In this document: positions 6,854 to 14,918 of the stretch, in pieces
Position numbering within the stretch: the stretch's first letter is position 1
How the letters are laid out: every line of letters starts with the position of its first letter
Assembly: GCA_031548435.1 (NCBI GenBank)
Contig: JAVBRA010000007.1
Location: forward strand, 67,955 to 131,954
Reading direction: 5' to 3'
DNA from: Rikenellaceae bacterium
Lineage (GTDB): Bacteria; Bacteroidota; Bacteroidia; Bacteroidales; Rikenellaceae
DNA: 64,000 bases
Notes under the pieces: generated by a model
Databases searched by the model: none
Told to the model about the DNA's origin: nothing
What the model saw: the letters and a program-made list of their open reading frames with translations, nothing else
Made by a program: the position numbers and the translations under genes

Positions 6854-9250
6854 TTATTCGAGCGGCGCTCCAAAGGATTTCCGTTCAGCGTCGACTTTCT
6901 TGGCTTTCTTATCCCCTCCGCTTTTAAAACTGTAACTTAGGGAAAAATTCAGCGAGGTAACCGGGGACACGGTTCGTGTCTGATAGTTGTAGTAATCGTT
7001 GTGAATGCCCGAGGTATCCGAATTCTTGAAAAGAATGCTACTGATCCCAACACCTGCCAGCAGTCTGTTCTTGAATAGAAATTTATAGCCGCTGATATCG
7101 ATACCGTAGCTGGGCGTTCTTTTGTAATATCCTTCTTCCTGCCCGGTAGCCCCTCTGAACGACAGGCTGCCGCCCCAATTCCCCTTGAACGAGAACGAGT
7201 TGTTGATAGACAGTCGTGCCACATTGCCGGTATAATCGACATCCGGATTCGAGGTCTTCATAATCGCGAACGCTGCCTGCGGATTCATGCTCCACCATTT
7301 GCATATCTTCACGGGATAGCCGGTGCCGAACATATGGGCAACCTGTCTGCCTGCATTTACCGGCATGACGTAAGTGACGAGCGGATCGGAGGCATCGGTG
7401 AAGGTTTTAGGAAAGACCACATCGTCTATCCGATAATAGTTATAATAGACCTGCCATTTGTTCCGAAGCACGTAGCTCACCTGCAACAGATGCCGGCTGT
7501 CCGGTTTCAGCAGCGGATTTCCGACAGAATACGAGTGGTCGGACAAGGGAATGACGACCGGGTTAAAGAGATTATAGGTCGGAAACGACAGGGCCCGTTT
7601 GTAGGTGACATTCACCAATGTACCCTTCTGGCGATTGAAAAAACAGGCGATCCCCACATCGGGATAGATCCCGAAGTAATTCCGGTTTACGACCGTATCT
7701 TCCTTGAAGGAAGTGAACCGGGTGGTGTTCCATGTGGCATTCAGCCCCGCATTGAACGAGAAACGCCCGATTTCCGAAATGTATTCGGCATAGCAGTTAA
7801 AGTCTTGTCCGTTGTTGGTGAAATCGTCGCTCTGGCCGGAATCGGCCACCCAATTCCCGGATGTGTAGTTCTGATAAACCAGCTTGCCGGTGGTGTTGCC
7901 CGATGCGAAATAGCCGCCGAAGTCCAGTTCGGAATTCCCAACCATCACTTCGAAATGTACCTCGGCATTAAACAGGTCGTCCGGGTTCATATCGCGCATA
8001 TCCCGGGTTTGCGACAGGTCGGAATCGCCGGAGACCAATGAGGTATAGTCGTAGGTGTAACACCCGTTGTTTCGTACCGGTGTATTGGTGTAATCCACCT
8101 GAATGTTCATATTGGAGCCTTCCTCGTCCAGATCCAACAGGTAGTTCAGCACGCCGTAATACTCGTCGGTGCGGTTGTTCACCTGCGATTTATACGACGT
8201 CCACTCGAGCGGCGACCCCGAATAGTCGGATGTTTCGGAGAGGGAGCGCCCGGACAAATCGCTGCGGGTGCCGTAGTAACTGAAATTCCCGCCCAGGGAT
8301 TGTTTCTCATCTATATCGTAGACAAGGCTCAGGATATTCGAGAACGTATTGGTGCCGGTGGTGTTGGCCACATCGGTGTTCATCCTGACCTGGGAGCCGG
8401 GATAATCCCCGTCGGTGACGCGCTCGGTGAAATTGTCGGAATAGGAATAGCCCGCCTGATCGTAGACGCTCCATTTCTTGTACCTGTAATTGATCGTTCC
8501 GGTGATGCTTTCGCTCTTAAAACCGTTTTCGTCGACCGAGAGGTTGTTGTTCACATTGCCGTAATACCCGTTCTCCAGATTCTTCTTCAGTCTGATTTTT
8601 ATGACCCCACCGACCACCTGGGCGCCGTATGCGCTGCCGGCGACAGGAGTGACCTCGATGCTTTCGATGTCCTCGGCCCGGATACCGCCCAGTTCGTCGT
8701 TCCGTTTCAGCTTGCGCCCGTTGAGGTACACCCGGTCGACGTTGAGGCCATTGACCTTCAGCCCCTCGTGCATGGTAACTCCCGGAAGGAAACCCAATAC
8801 CCCATAAGCCGACTTGCCTTTGGCAATGGGATTGCCCTGCATACTGACAGTATACTTGTTCGACATCCGCCGGATGAATTCGCCCTTTACGACCACCTCG
8901 TCGATTTTAACGGCTTTGGGGCTCAGACGGATGGTATCCAGGGTGATGTTATGATCCAGCCGGAGCGTCTGCGAGTATTCCTCGTAAGCCATGTGCGTAA
9001 CCCGGAAAACATAGTCGCCGGTTTCGATGCCGCTGATAACAAAACCGCCATCCTGACCGGAGAACACCCCGCCTACCGTCGGCCCGCCCGAGGCGCGTTC
9101 GACGGTCGCGGAACACAGGCCAAGCACCTCTCCGGTTGCAGACGTCACAACCCCCGACAGGGAATGTTTCTGGGTATTCTGCCCCCATGCTGAAGTTGAA
9201 ATACAGAAACACACACACCAGACAAAAATCTTTCGTATAATTTTCCCCAT
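6854..9250 (-). CDS. TonB-dependent-receptor-type outer membrane beta-barrel with an N-terminal carboxypeptidase-regulatory-like domain
   Basis: 798 aa. Signal peptide 'VWCVCFCISTSAWGQ'. 'LSGVVTSATGEVLGLCSATV...GGFVISGIETGDYVFRVTHMAY' is CarbopepD_reg-like. The plug-like segment is 'DRVYLNGRKL...IESIEVTPVAGSAYGAQVVGGVIKIRLKK'. A long Tyr/Asn/Gly-rich barrel follows. Confidence 0.75.
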   Translation of the reverse strand: MGKIIRKIFVWCVCFCISTSAWGQNTQKHSLSGVVTSATGEVLGLCSATVERASGGPTVGGVFSGQDGGFVISGIETGDYVFRVTHMAYEEYSQTLRLDHNITLDTIRLSPKAVKIDEVVVKGEFIRRMSNKYTVSMQGNPIAKGKSAYGVLGFLPGVTMHEGLKVNGLNVDRVYLNGRKLKRNDELGGIRAEDIESIEVTPVAGSAYGAQVVGGVIKIRLKKNLENGYYGNVNNNLSVDENGFKSESITGTINYRYKKWSVYDQAGYSYSDNFTERVTDGDYPGSQVRMNTDVANTTGTNTFSNILSLVYDIDEKQSLGGNFSYYGTRSDLSGRSLSETSDYSGSPLEWTSYKSQVNNRTDEYYGVLNYLLDLDEEGSNMNIQVDYTNTPVRNNGCYTYDYTSLVSGDSDLSQTRDMRDMNPDDLFNAEVHFEVMVGNSELDFGGYFASGNTTGKLVYQNYTSGNWVADSGQSDDFTNNGQDFNCYAEYISEIGRFSFNAGLNATWNTTRFTSFKEDTVVNRNYFGIYPDVGIACFFNRQKGTLVNVTYKRALSFPTYNLFNPVVIPLSDHSYSVGNPLLKPDSRHLLQVSYVLRNKWQVYYNYYRIDDVVFPKTFTDASDPLVTYVMPVNAGRQVAHMFGTGYPVKICKWWSMNPQAAFAIMKTSNPDVDYTGNVARLSINNSFSFKGNWGGSLSFRGATGQEEGYYKRTPSYGIDISGYKFLFKNRLLAGVGISSILFKNSDTSGIHNDYYNYQTRTVSPVTSLNFSLSYSFKSGGDKKAKKVDAERKSFGAPLE

Positions 9251-9255
9251 ACCCG

Positions 9256-10203
9256 TTATTTGGCGTTTATTTTATCGGCCACAGCGTCATTGATTCTGCA
9301 AAAATTGTCGTATCCGGCCGTAAGTATATCCGAATAATAGCCCCGGAGATTTTCGACTTCCTCTTGCCGTTCCTTCATCATCTCCGCGGCCCGGACATAA
9401 TTGATGTAATTGATTCCTTTCATTGCCCGAATGACTTTCCTCCTCAACACTTCCGGCAATACGGTTTCGGCAATGAACATTTTGTTGTAGAAAATCTCCA
9501 GGCTATCCATCACGTAAGGAAATTTATTCCGGAATAGATGACCTATCACCACATCGGTCAAGAGGCGGCATCGCCCTCCTTCCATCCATGCCTTCAGGCT
9601 GATGTATGCTTCTTCACATCCATACAGCCTCAGACCCTCGAATCCTCGCAAATAATTCCAATACTCCTTGGTGGCGGCATAGCATGCCCCCAGTACACAG
9701 GGAACATCGACGAGGTTCGTATCCGAATAGATGTTATAGGTCACCCAAGCCACATTGACTACTGCCCGTTCTTTCGGCTCCAGAGCCTTAAAGTAGGCCG
9801 CATAAGGAGGTTCGCATCCGGTTTCCGCTTTTTTATCAAAACTCCACGATTTGCAGCGGCAACAATAGATCGCTCTTGGATCTTCTTTTATCGCGCTCAC
9901 GATTTTAAGCCACCAGTCGTCATGATAAAACCGCATATGCCCGTCTATAACCAGAAAATAAGGAGTCTGACAAGCATTGATTCCGGCCTGTTTGGCCGGG
10001 CCGCTTCCCAGGCGATCCGAATGTTCGACATAAAGCGTCCCGTATCGTTCAGCCACCGACTTATAATCAAATCCGTCATCCGAGGCATCGTTTACAAGAA
10101 CAATATCCACAGCGTCTCCGGCCGTTCTCTTAATCTCTCTTATGGTGATTTCAACTTCGTTCCCTTCGTTGAGAAAAGGGATGACTACTGTCAGTTCATT
10201 CAT
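9256..10203 (-). CDS. Glycosyltransferase, polypeptide-GalNAc-transferase-like (GT27/GT2 fold), paralog 1
   Basis: Start moved to 'MNELTVVIPFLNEG', matching its paralog; its ATG overlaps the upstream stop as ATGA. Motifs are 'IVLVNDASDDG', 'FLVIDGHMRF' (DxH) and 'LYGCEEAYISLKAWMEGGRCRLLTDVVIGHLFRNKFPY', which resembles the Gal/GalNAc-T motif WGGEN.E.SFR.W.CGG...GH.FR...PY. Confidence 0.7.
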   Translation of the reverse strand: MNELTVVIPFLNEGNEVEITIREIKRTAGDAVDIVLVNDASDDGFDYKSVAERYGTLYVEHSDRLGSGPAKQAGINACQTPYFLVIDGHMRFYHDDWWLKIVSAIKEDPRAIYCCRCKSWSFDKKAETGCEPPYAAYFKALEPKERAVVNVAWVTYNIYSDTNLVDVPCVLGACYAATKEYWNYLRGFEGLRLYGCEEAYISLKAWMEGGRCRLLTDVVIGHLFRNKFPYVMDSLEIFYNKMFIAETVLPEVLRRKVIRAMKGINYINYVRAAEMMKERQEEVENLRGYYSDILTAGYDNFCRINDAVADKINAK

Positions 10204-11156
10204 ACCAACTGAGACTTCTTTGTTAATTCGGCTATAAACCATTCGTTTATTTTCGAAAACCGATCGTAACCGCCCTTAAACACAGAAGCGTAATATTCTC
10301 TGAACTCATCGACCTTACCCTTAACAGGCTCCATAAGTTCCCTTGCCTGAGCATAATTCACATAATCGACCGCCTTTATGGCCTTTATCACTGGTCGGGC
10401 AATGGACTCGGGTAAAATGGTTTCAGCAATAAACAACTTGTTGTAGAATAACTCCAAATAGTTAACTGCATATGGAAACTTCTTTCGGAAAAGATGCCCT
10501 ATAGTCACGTTATTGACGAGGCGGCATCGCCCGCCTTCCATCCATGCCTTCAGGCTGATATAGGCCTCATCGCAACCATACAGCATCAAGCCATCGACGC
10601 CTCTTAAATAGTTCCAATACTCTTTCGAGGCAGCGTAACTCGCACCCAACACGCACGGAATATCAACAATTTCTGCTCGTGAATGGATATCGCGATTGAT
10701 CCACGTGACATCCAGTATACCTCTCTTCTCGGAATCGAGCAACTTGAGACAGGCGCCATAACCCATGGTTCCTTTTTCTTTCTTCTCTTCAAAATCCCAC
10801 ATCCGGCAGCGAGTACAGTAGATCGCTCTCGGATCGTCTTTGATCGCTTTCACTATCTCGATCCACCAATTATCGTTGTAAAATCGCATATGCCCATCGA
10901 TGATGAGAAGGTAGGGCGTTCGACATAAACGAACACCTATCTCTCTTGAAGATGCGCAACCTTGCCGCATTTGGTTCTCAACATAGCGCGCATTATATTT
11001 CACTGCAACACCACTGTAGTCGAATCCGTCCGTTGAAGCATCGTTGATCATGATCACATCCACCGCCCCACCGGCCGTTCGCCGAATCTCCTTCAGCGTT
11101 GTTTCAACCTCGCCTCCTTCGTTGAGAAAAGAGATGATGACGGTGAGTTCATTCAT
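10200..11156 (-). CDS. Glycosyltransferase, polypeptide-GalNAc-transferase-like, paralog 2
   Basis: 318 aa. 'MNELTVIISFLNEGGEVE', 'VIMINDASTDG', 'LLIIDGHMRF', 'LYGCDEAYISLKAWMEGGRCRLVNNVTIGHLFRKKFPY'. It aligns by eye along its full length with 9256-10203. Confidence 0.7.
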   Translation of the reverse strand: MNELTVIISFLNEGGEVETTLKEIRRTAGGAVDVIMINDASTDGFDYSGVAVKYNARYVENQMRQGCASSREIGVRLCRTPYLLIIDGHMRFYNDNWWIEIVKAIKDDPRAIYCTRCRMWDFEEKKEKGTMGYGACLKLLDSEKRGILDVTWINRDIHSRAEIVDIPCVLGASYAASKEYWNYLRGVDGLMLYGCDEAYISLKAWMEGGRCRLVNNVTIGHLFRKKFPYAVNYLELFYNKLFIAETILPESIARPVIKAIKAVDYVNYAQARELMEPVKGKVDEFREYYASVFKGGYDRFSKINEWFIAELTKKSQLV

Positions 11157-11994
11157 AGCCGAAGTTCAATAATTTGCGTTCGATCAATCCGTCAAATAGA
11201 GAATACGCTTCATTGTAATAGGTTTCTTCACCGGCCTCCCCGTTCAAGTAGGCCTCCCGGAGCCGCAGAAAATTCTTCAACCGGAACCCTCCCGCCCCCA
11301 ATTTGATTATGGACAGGTAATAATCGATTAATTCGTTTTTCACATGTCGTGTTCCTTCCTGCAATTCATCATACCTGGTAGCGGACAGTTGTGCGGGAGA
11401 ACGGCGGTACTTCAACAACACCTCTTGGATGTTTGCGAAACACCCGACTTTGATAATATCACACCACATTTTATAATCATCGGCGAATGAATACCCGTCC
11501 CGGTAGCGGATATCATGGGCATCCAAGATGGATTTTCGTATTATCGTCGACGGATGCGCCATTTGACAGGAGTGAACCATGTTCGATATAATATCTTCAT
11601 GATTCGCACTTGTTTTTATTACTCCCGTTTCGCTTCCAAATAATTCGATCCAACTGCCGCAAACAGCGACATTCGGATTGGACTCCATAAAATCAACCTG
11701 TTTTTGAATGCGCCCGGGAAGCATAACGTCATCGTGATCCATCCTCACAATATACTTTCCCTGGGACAGGTCGATTCCTTTGTTAAGGGTCTCTAGACGG
11801 TTATGATCAAATTGAAATAATTTGATCCGATGGTCATCATAAGATTGTATGATTTCAATCGTGCTGTCGGATGAACCGTCATCCACGATTATCAGCTCAA
11901 AACCCTTGAATGCCTGCAATAATATACTGTCGACAACTTCAATAATGAATGCTTCCGAATTATAGGTAGCCATCAAAACAGAAACATCGCACAT
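11149..11994 (-). CDS. Family 2 glycosyltransferase
   Basis: 281 aa. 'VSVLMATYNSEAFIIEVVDSIL.Q', 'ELIIVDDGSSDST' and 'VRMDHDDV' are the classic GT2 N-terminal Rossmann and DxD pattern. Confidence 0.85.
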   Translation of the reverse strand: MCDVSVLMATYNSEAFIIEVVDSILLQAFKGFELIIVDDGSSDSTIEIIQSYDDHRIKLFQFDHNRLETLNKGIDLSQGKYIVRMDHDDVMLPGRIQKQVDFMESNPNVAVCGSWIELFGSETGVIKTSANHEDIISNMVHSCQMAHPSTIIRKSILDAHDIRYRDGYSFADDYKMWCDIIKVGCFANIQEVLLKYRRSPAQLSATRYDELQEGTRHVKNELIDYYLSIIKLGAGGFRLKNFLRLREAYLNGEAGEETYYNEAYSLFDGLIERKLLNFGYE

Positions 11995-12140
11995 AATGTA
12001 ACCATAAAATTTTATGTAAACATAAAAAAAAAAATCAATTCATGCAACAACAAATGATTAGATATGTTACCGGGAGCCTGAAAAGGGCCGGTTTTTCATC
12101 GTTCCTCTGTTGTAATAAAAACTATACAAGCAACATCCCC

Positions 12141-12170
12141 TTTTAAAACAGCCACCTCAAAGGGTGGCTG
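12141..12170 (-). terminator. Rho-independent terminator separating the island maintenance module from the glycosyltransferase/RiPP operon
   Basis: On the minus strand, stem cagccacc / ggtggctg with loop ctttga is followed by TTTT. It lies just downstream of the 12195 stop. Confidence 0.6.
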
Positions 12171-12194
12171 TTTAGCATTCATCGCATGGAAGAA

Positions 12195-12554
12195 TTACGC
12201 CGGGTCGTCGGAAAGGTATTCTGCCATCTGACTCGGGGTAAGACCGTGGAGGGAGTCTGGGGCATCGGCAGGCAAATGAGATAGCACCTCTGTCATTTGT
12301 GCATGGGTGAGCCGCTCTTTAAAGATGCTGTTTTCTTTGCGCTCCAAATAATCAGCCCATTCTTCATCGGTAAAATAGGGACGTTTCTCTTCGCGCGTCA
12401 GCGGCGGGCCTATGAATGAGATAACGTCAGTAACACGAGGCGGTTCGTCCGACCCGATGATGCTCTCGGACAGGATAATCACAACGCGCTCCTGTGCGCC
12501 CGGTTTGTTCATCATCGACATCATGCGATCGATCTTATCCTTCTTCGTTTCCAT
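12195..12554 (-). CDS. Hypothetical protein (island 1)
   Basis: 119-aa ORF, acidic, with no motif I recognise. It overlaps the upstream ORF by 20 nt, consistent with an operon. Confidence 0.5.
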   Translation of the reverse strand: METKKDKIDRMMSMMNKPGAQERVVIILSESIIGSDEPPRVTDVISFIGPPLTREEKRPYFTDEEWADYLERKENSIFKERLTHAQMTEVLSHLPADAPDSLHGLTPSQMAEYLSDDPA

Positions 12555-12882
12555 TCAGTTGATAAATTTGTTTGATTTTTTCTTCGAGTGCGTCGACCAC
12601 TTTGTCCGGCGCGTTATGCAGAAACCTCTCAAGTGCGGCAAATTCCGCTTCGATCTGCTCCTGTATCGATATGGGCGACATTTTAGGTGTCGTATAGGCC
12701 ATCAGCCGCTCGACGATCGCCCAGCGGTCTTTCGGGTCGAGGGCTTTCAAATCCGCCTCCAGTTGCGTCCGGTTGCCGTCGATGAGTTGCCGTATCCAAT
12801 CTCGCATAGACGCTGTCACCTTGTTCGGTTTTCCTTTCGGGCGCCCTTTCGGATTGCCTGTCTGCCCTTTACGCTGCGCCAT
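12535..12882 (-). CDS. Hypothetical protein with a basic N-terminus 'GNPKGRPKGKPNK' (DUF5681-like, tentative)
   Basis: 115-aa ORF. The G-N-P-x-G-R-P-K-G N-terminal motif is common in small proteins of Bacteroidales mobile elements and phages (from memory). Confidence 0.5.
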   Translation of the reverse strand: MAQRKGQTGNPKGRPKGKPNKVTASMRDWIRQLIDGNRTQLEADLKALDPKDRWAIVERLMAYTTPKMSPISIQEQIEAEFAALERFLHNAPDKVVDALEEKIKQIYQLNGNEEG

Positions 12883-12898
12883 AATATGTAACTCAATG

Positions 12899-13819
12899 TT
12901 ATTTTAGTGTCGTTAGTCCGTAGTTTTTGCAGATTCCGAAGAATGTGCCGATGCCGGTGCGGGAACAGGTTCGAAGGCATCGGTCATACTGCCGGTCGCA
13001 TTCTTTGGGTCTGTATTTCGACGATTGCGCCGAGATGGCATGATACCATCCCCGGCCACTTTCTCCAAATTCTGCGGCTAACGCACGGCCAATTGCATAC
13101 CATTCATCGTAAAAGTCCGTGATGTCGGTACCTGTCTGCTCGATCATATCTACCAGTTTGCGCACCCGGAGAGCCGTTCTATCTGACTCCGACGGCGACG
13201 GGGGTACGTAGCGCATAATAGATTCGGGGGTCAACATCCTGGTAAATACCTCCGCATTGGGATTGTAATAGGGTTGAGGATCGTAACTCGCACCGCGCAA
13301 CCGTGCTATGTCACGGCAGCCAGCATCGACAACCACTCCCCGACCCTGCAATTCGAAAGCGAGAGCAGCAAAGTGTTCGGTATGCCGGTCTGGGTATGCG
13401 ACGCGAAACAACAAAAACATCCCGTTCCCGCCCGCAGACAGACCGGCATACAACAGCCCCGGCAAGTCGACGACCGACGATTTAACGGTCTCCCAATCGC
13501 CGATATCAAGGTTTTGGTCGCCATCAATGTCGATGCAGATGATCCCGGTGTACCGAATAAGGCCGTTGTTGCACCGTTTCGAGAACACTCCGCTCGGGGT
13601 GATCGCCGGAAGCCGCATCTTGAGTACCCGGCGCTCGACTTTATCAGGACACGCCCGGATGGCCTCAACCTGTTTTCGATAGGTTGAGGCGAAGAGGAAG
13701 TCCGCAAGATCAACCTCCCTGCAAGGGCGCGAGTCGGTGTAATTCCGGAATACCGAAACCGAAACTTTTGAGGGCTCCCTCTCTTCTACCTCAGTCATCC
13801 TATTCATATTCCTAATCAT
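12899..13819 (-). CDS. Primase-like replication protein (BT4734/VirE_N-like N-domain plus PriCT-2-like C-domain)
   Basis: 'LPAITPSGVFSKRCNNGLIRYTGIICIDIDGD' resembles the VirE_N/BT4734 family. The C-terminal 'YDEWYAIGRALAAEFGESGRGWYHAISAQSSKYRPKECDRQYDRC' resembles PriCT-2. The start was chosen at an internal Met (13819; 13807 and 13798 are alternatives) to avoid an 82-nt overlap. Confidence 0.55.
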   Translation of the reverse strand: MIRNMNRMTEVEEREPSKVSVSVFRNYTDSRPCREVDLADFLFASTYRKQVEAIRACPDKVERRVLKMRLPAITPSGVFSKRCNNGLIRYTGIICIDIDGDQNLDIGDWETVKSSVVDLPGLLYAGLSAGGNGMFLLFRVAYPDRHTEHFAALAFELQGRGVVVDAGCRDIARLRGASYDPQPYYNPNAEVFTRMLTPESIMRYVPPSPSESDRTALRVRKLVDMIEQTGTDITDFYDEWYAIGRALAAEFGESGRGWYHAISAQSSKYRPKECDRQYDRCLRTCSRTGIGTFFGICKNYGLTTLK

Positions 13820-14141
13820 TATCCTTATCGGGGGTTTTAGGGGTTTTGGAAACCCCGTTGGAGGTTTTTCGTGGTCTGCCTCCAAGTTTACCATAATCAG
13901 CCCCCTTCATGCCGTTTTTACGATTTTTTACGCATGTGGCCTCATAACGCTCATTCATCTCAACCACAAAAGGTTCGATGAACTTCCACGCTACCAGTAC
14001 TGAGCCATGAAGATTTTGCGGGTAAATGCCCTCGAATTGGTATTCCATTAAAACGGTAAGCAACTGGCCTCTCTCCTCAACAGATAATGCTTTGATAGCC
14101 CCCGTATGCTGGCGGTGTATCATCAACGTGTCCTTTCTCAT
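13812..14141 (-). CDS. Hypothetical protein, paralogous to 14138-14377
   Basis: 109 aa. 'LLTVLMEYQFEGIYPQNL' parallels 'LVTALSDYHFHGKQPRDL' in the neighbouring ORF. Basic tail 'GGRPRKTSNG'. Confidence 0.5.
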   Translation of the reverse strand: MRKDTLMIHRQHTGAIKALSVEERGQLLTVLMEYQFEGIYPQNLHGSVLVAWKFIEPFVVEMNERYEATCVKNRKNGMKGADYGKLGGRPRKTSNGVSKTPKTPDKDND

Positions 14142-14377
14142 AACTTGAAGTCTTTGGAGGTGACTATTTTTAGGACACTGAATATGCCCTCCAGCCGGGC
14201 TGGAAGGTCTCGGGGTTGTTTCCCGTGAAAGTGATAATCAGACAGGGCCGTTACAAGCAGCCCGGACTCTTTATCCTCAAGATCCAAGAAGAGATCCTTG
14301 AATTGTTCCGGGATGACGAAGTATTCTTCTTGTTTATTCATAAACACCTCCTTTTTGATCGGAATCAAACAGTTCAT
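14138..14377 (-). CDS. Hypothetical protein, paralogous to 13812-14141
   Basis: 79-aa ORF (alternative start Met13 at 14341). Its stop overlaps the downstream start. Confidence 0.45.
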   Translation of the reverse strand: MNCLIPIKKEVFMNKQEEYFVIPEQFKDLFLDLEDKESGLLVTALSDYHFHGKQPRDLPARLEGIFSVLKIVTSKDFKL

Positions 14378-14386
14378 GTCGGCCTA

Positions 14387-14746
14387 TCATTTACGACGCG
14401 CAGAAGCGGCAATAGTGAGGGCGGCATCGAACTGCCTGGCGCTTTGCCTGACCTTGGATTCGACCCATACAGTCAACTCGACACGAGAAAAGGAGAGTTT
14501 TTTGCCGATCCGTCGGCATGGGATCTTGCCGCCTGCTGTTGCATTGTAAAGACTGCCCCGAGTGAGATAGCATCCTTGTGACGCAAGAAAAGAAAGCGCG
14601 TCATCAACATTAAGAATGTCAGAGGGAGGCTGGGTGTTGCTAACGGGAGGGATCTGCGCCAGTCGCTCGCAGATCAGATCATTAAAGAACTGGCGGGCTT
14701 CAGCGATTGTCATTGCCGCCAAAGGCAGTGATTCATTTGTGGTCAT
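14387..14746 (-). CDS. Excisionase-family helix-turn-helix DNA-binding protein
   Basis: 119 aa. 'LNVDDALSFLASQGCYLTRGSLYNATAGGKIPCRRIGKKLSFSRVELTVWV' fits the HTH_17/excisionase pattern (HTH, then 'IP..R.G.....F...EL..W'). Confidence 0.65.
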   Translation of the reverse strand: MTTNESLPLAAMTIAEARQFFNDLICERLAQIPPVSNTQPPSDILNVDDALSFLASQGCYLTRGSLYNATAGGKIPCRRIGKKLSFSRVELTVWVESKVRQSARQFDAALTIAASARRK

Positions 14747-14918
14747 TCCATCTTAGGATTTGGCAGGCATCATTACCTGCGTTAATAAAATGGGCCGCAT
14801 AACATTACCCACTACGGCCCGTAGTTTTTCCCCTTCGGATGTGGGTGCCCGGCAACTTTACCGGGATTGCTAATGCAAAGATGAAAAATAATTTTAAAAC
14901 CTCAAACGCATTTGCAGA

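Noticed and set aside
11995-12140. A Bacteroides-type promoter (TTTG ... TAnnTTTG) for the glycosyltransferase/RiPP operon.
   Set aside because: AT-rich sequence with partial matches is present, but there is no clean -7 TAnnTTTG element at a convincing distance. This is not reportable without TSS data.
12899-13894. The full 331-aa version of the primase-like ORF.
   Set aside because: The first 25 codons would overlap the upstream gene by 82 nt and encode a Pro/Lys-rich stretch. Internal Met codons at 13819, 13807 and 13798 give a normal junction.
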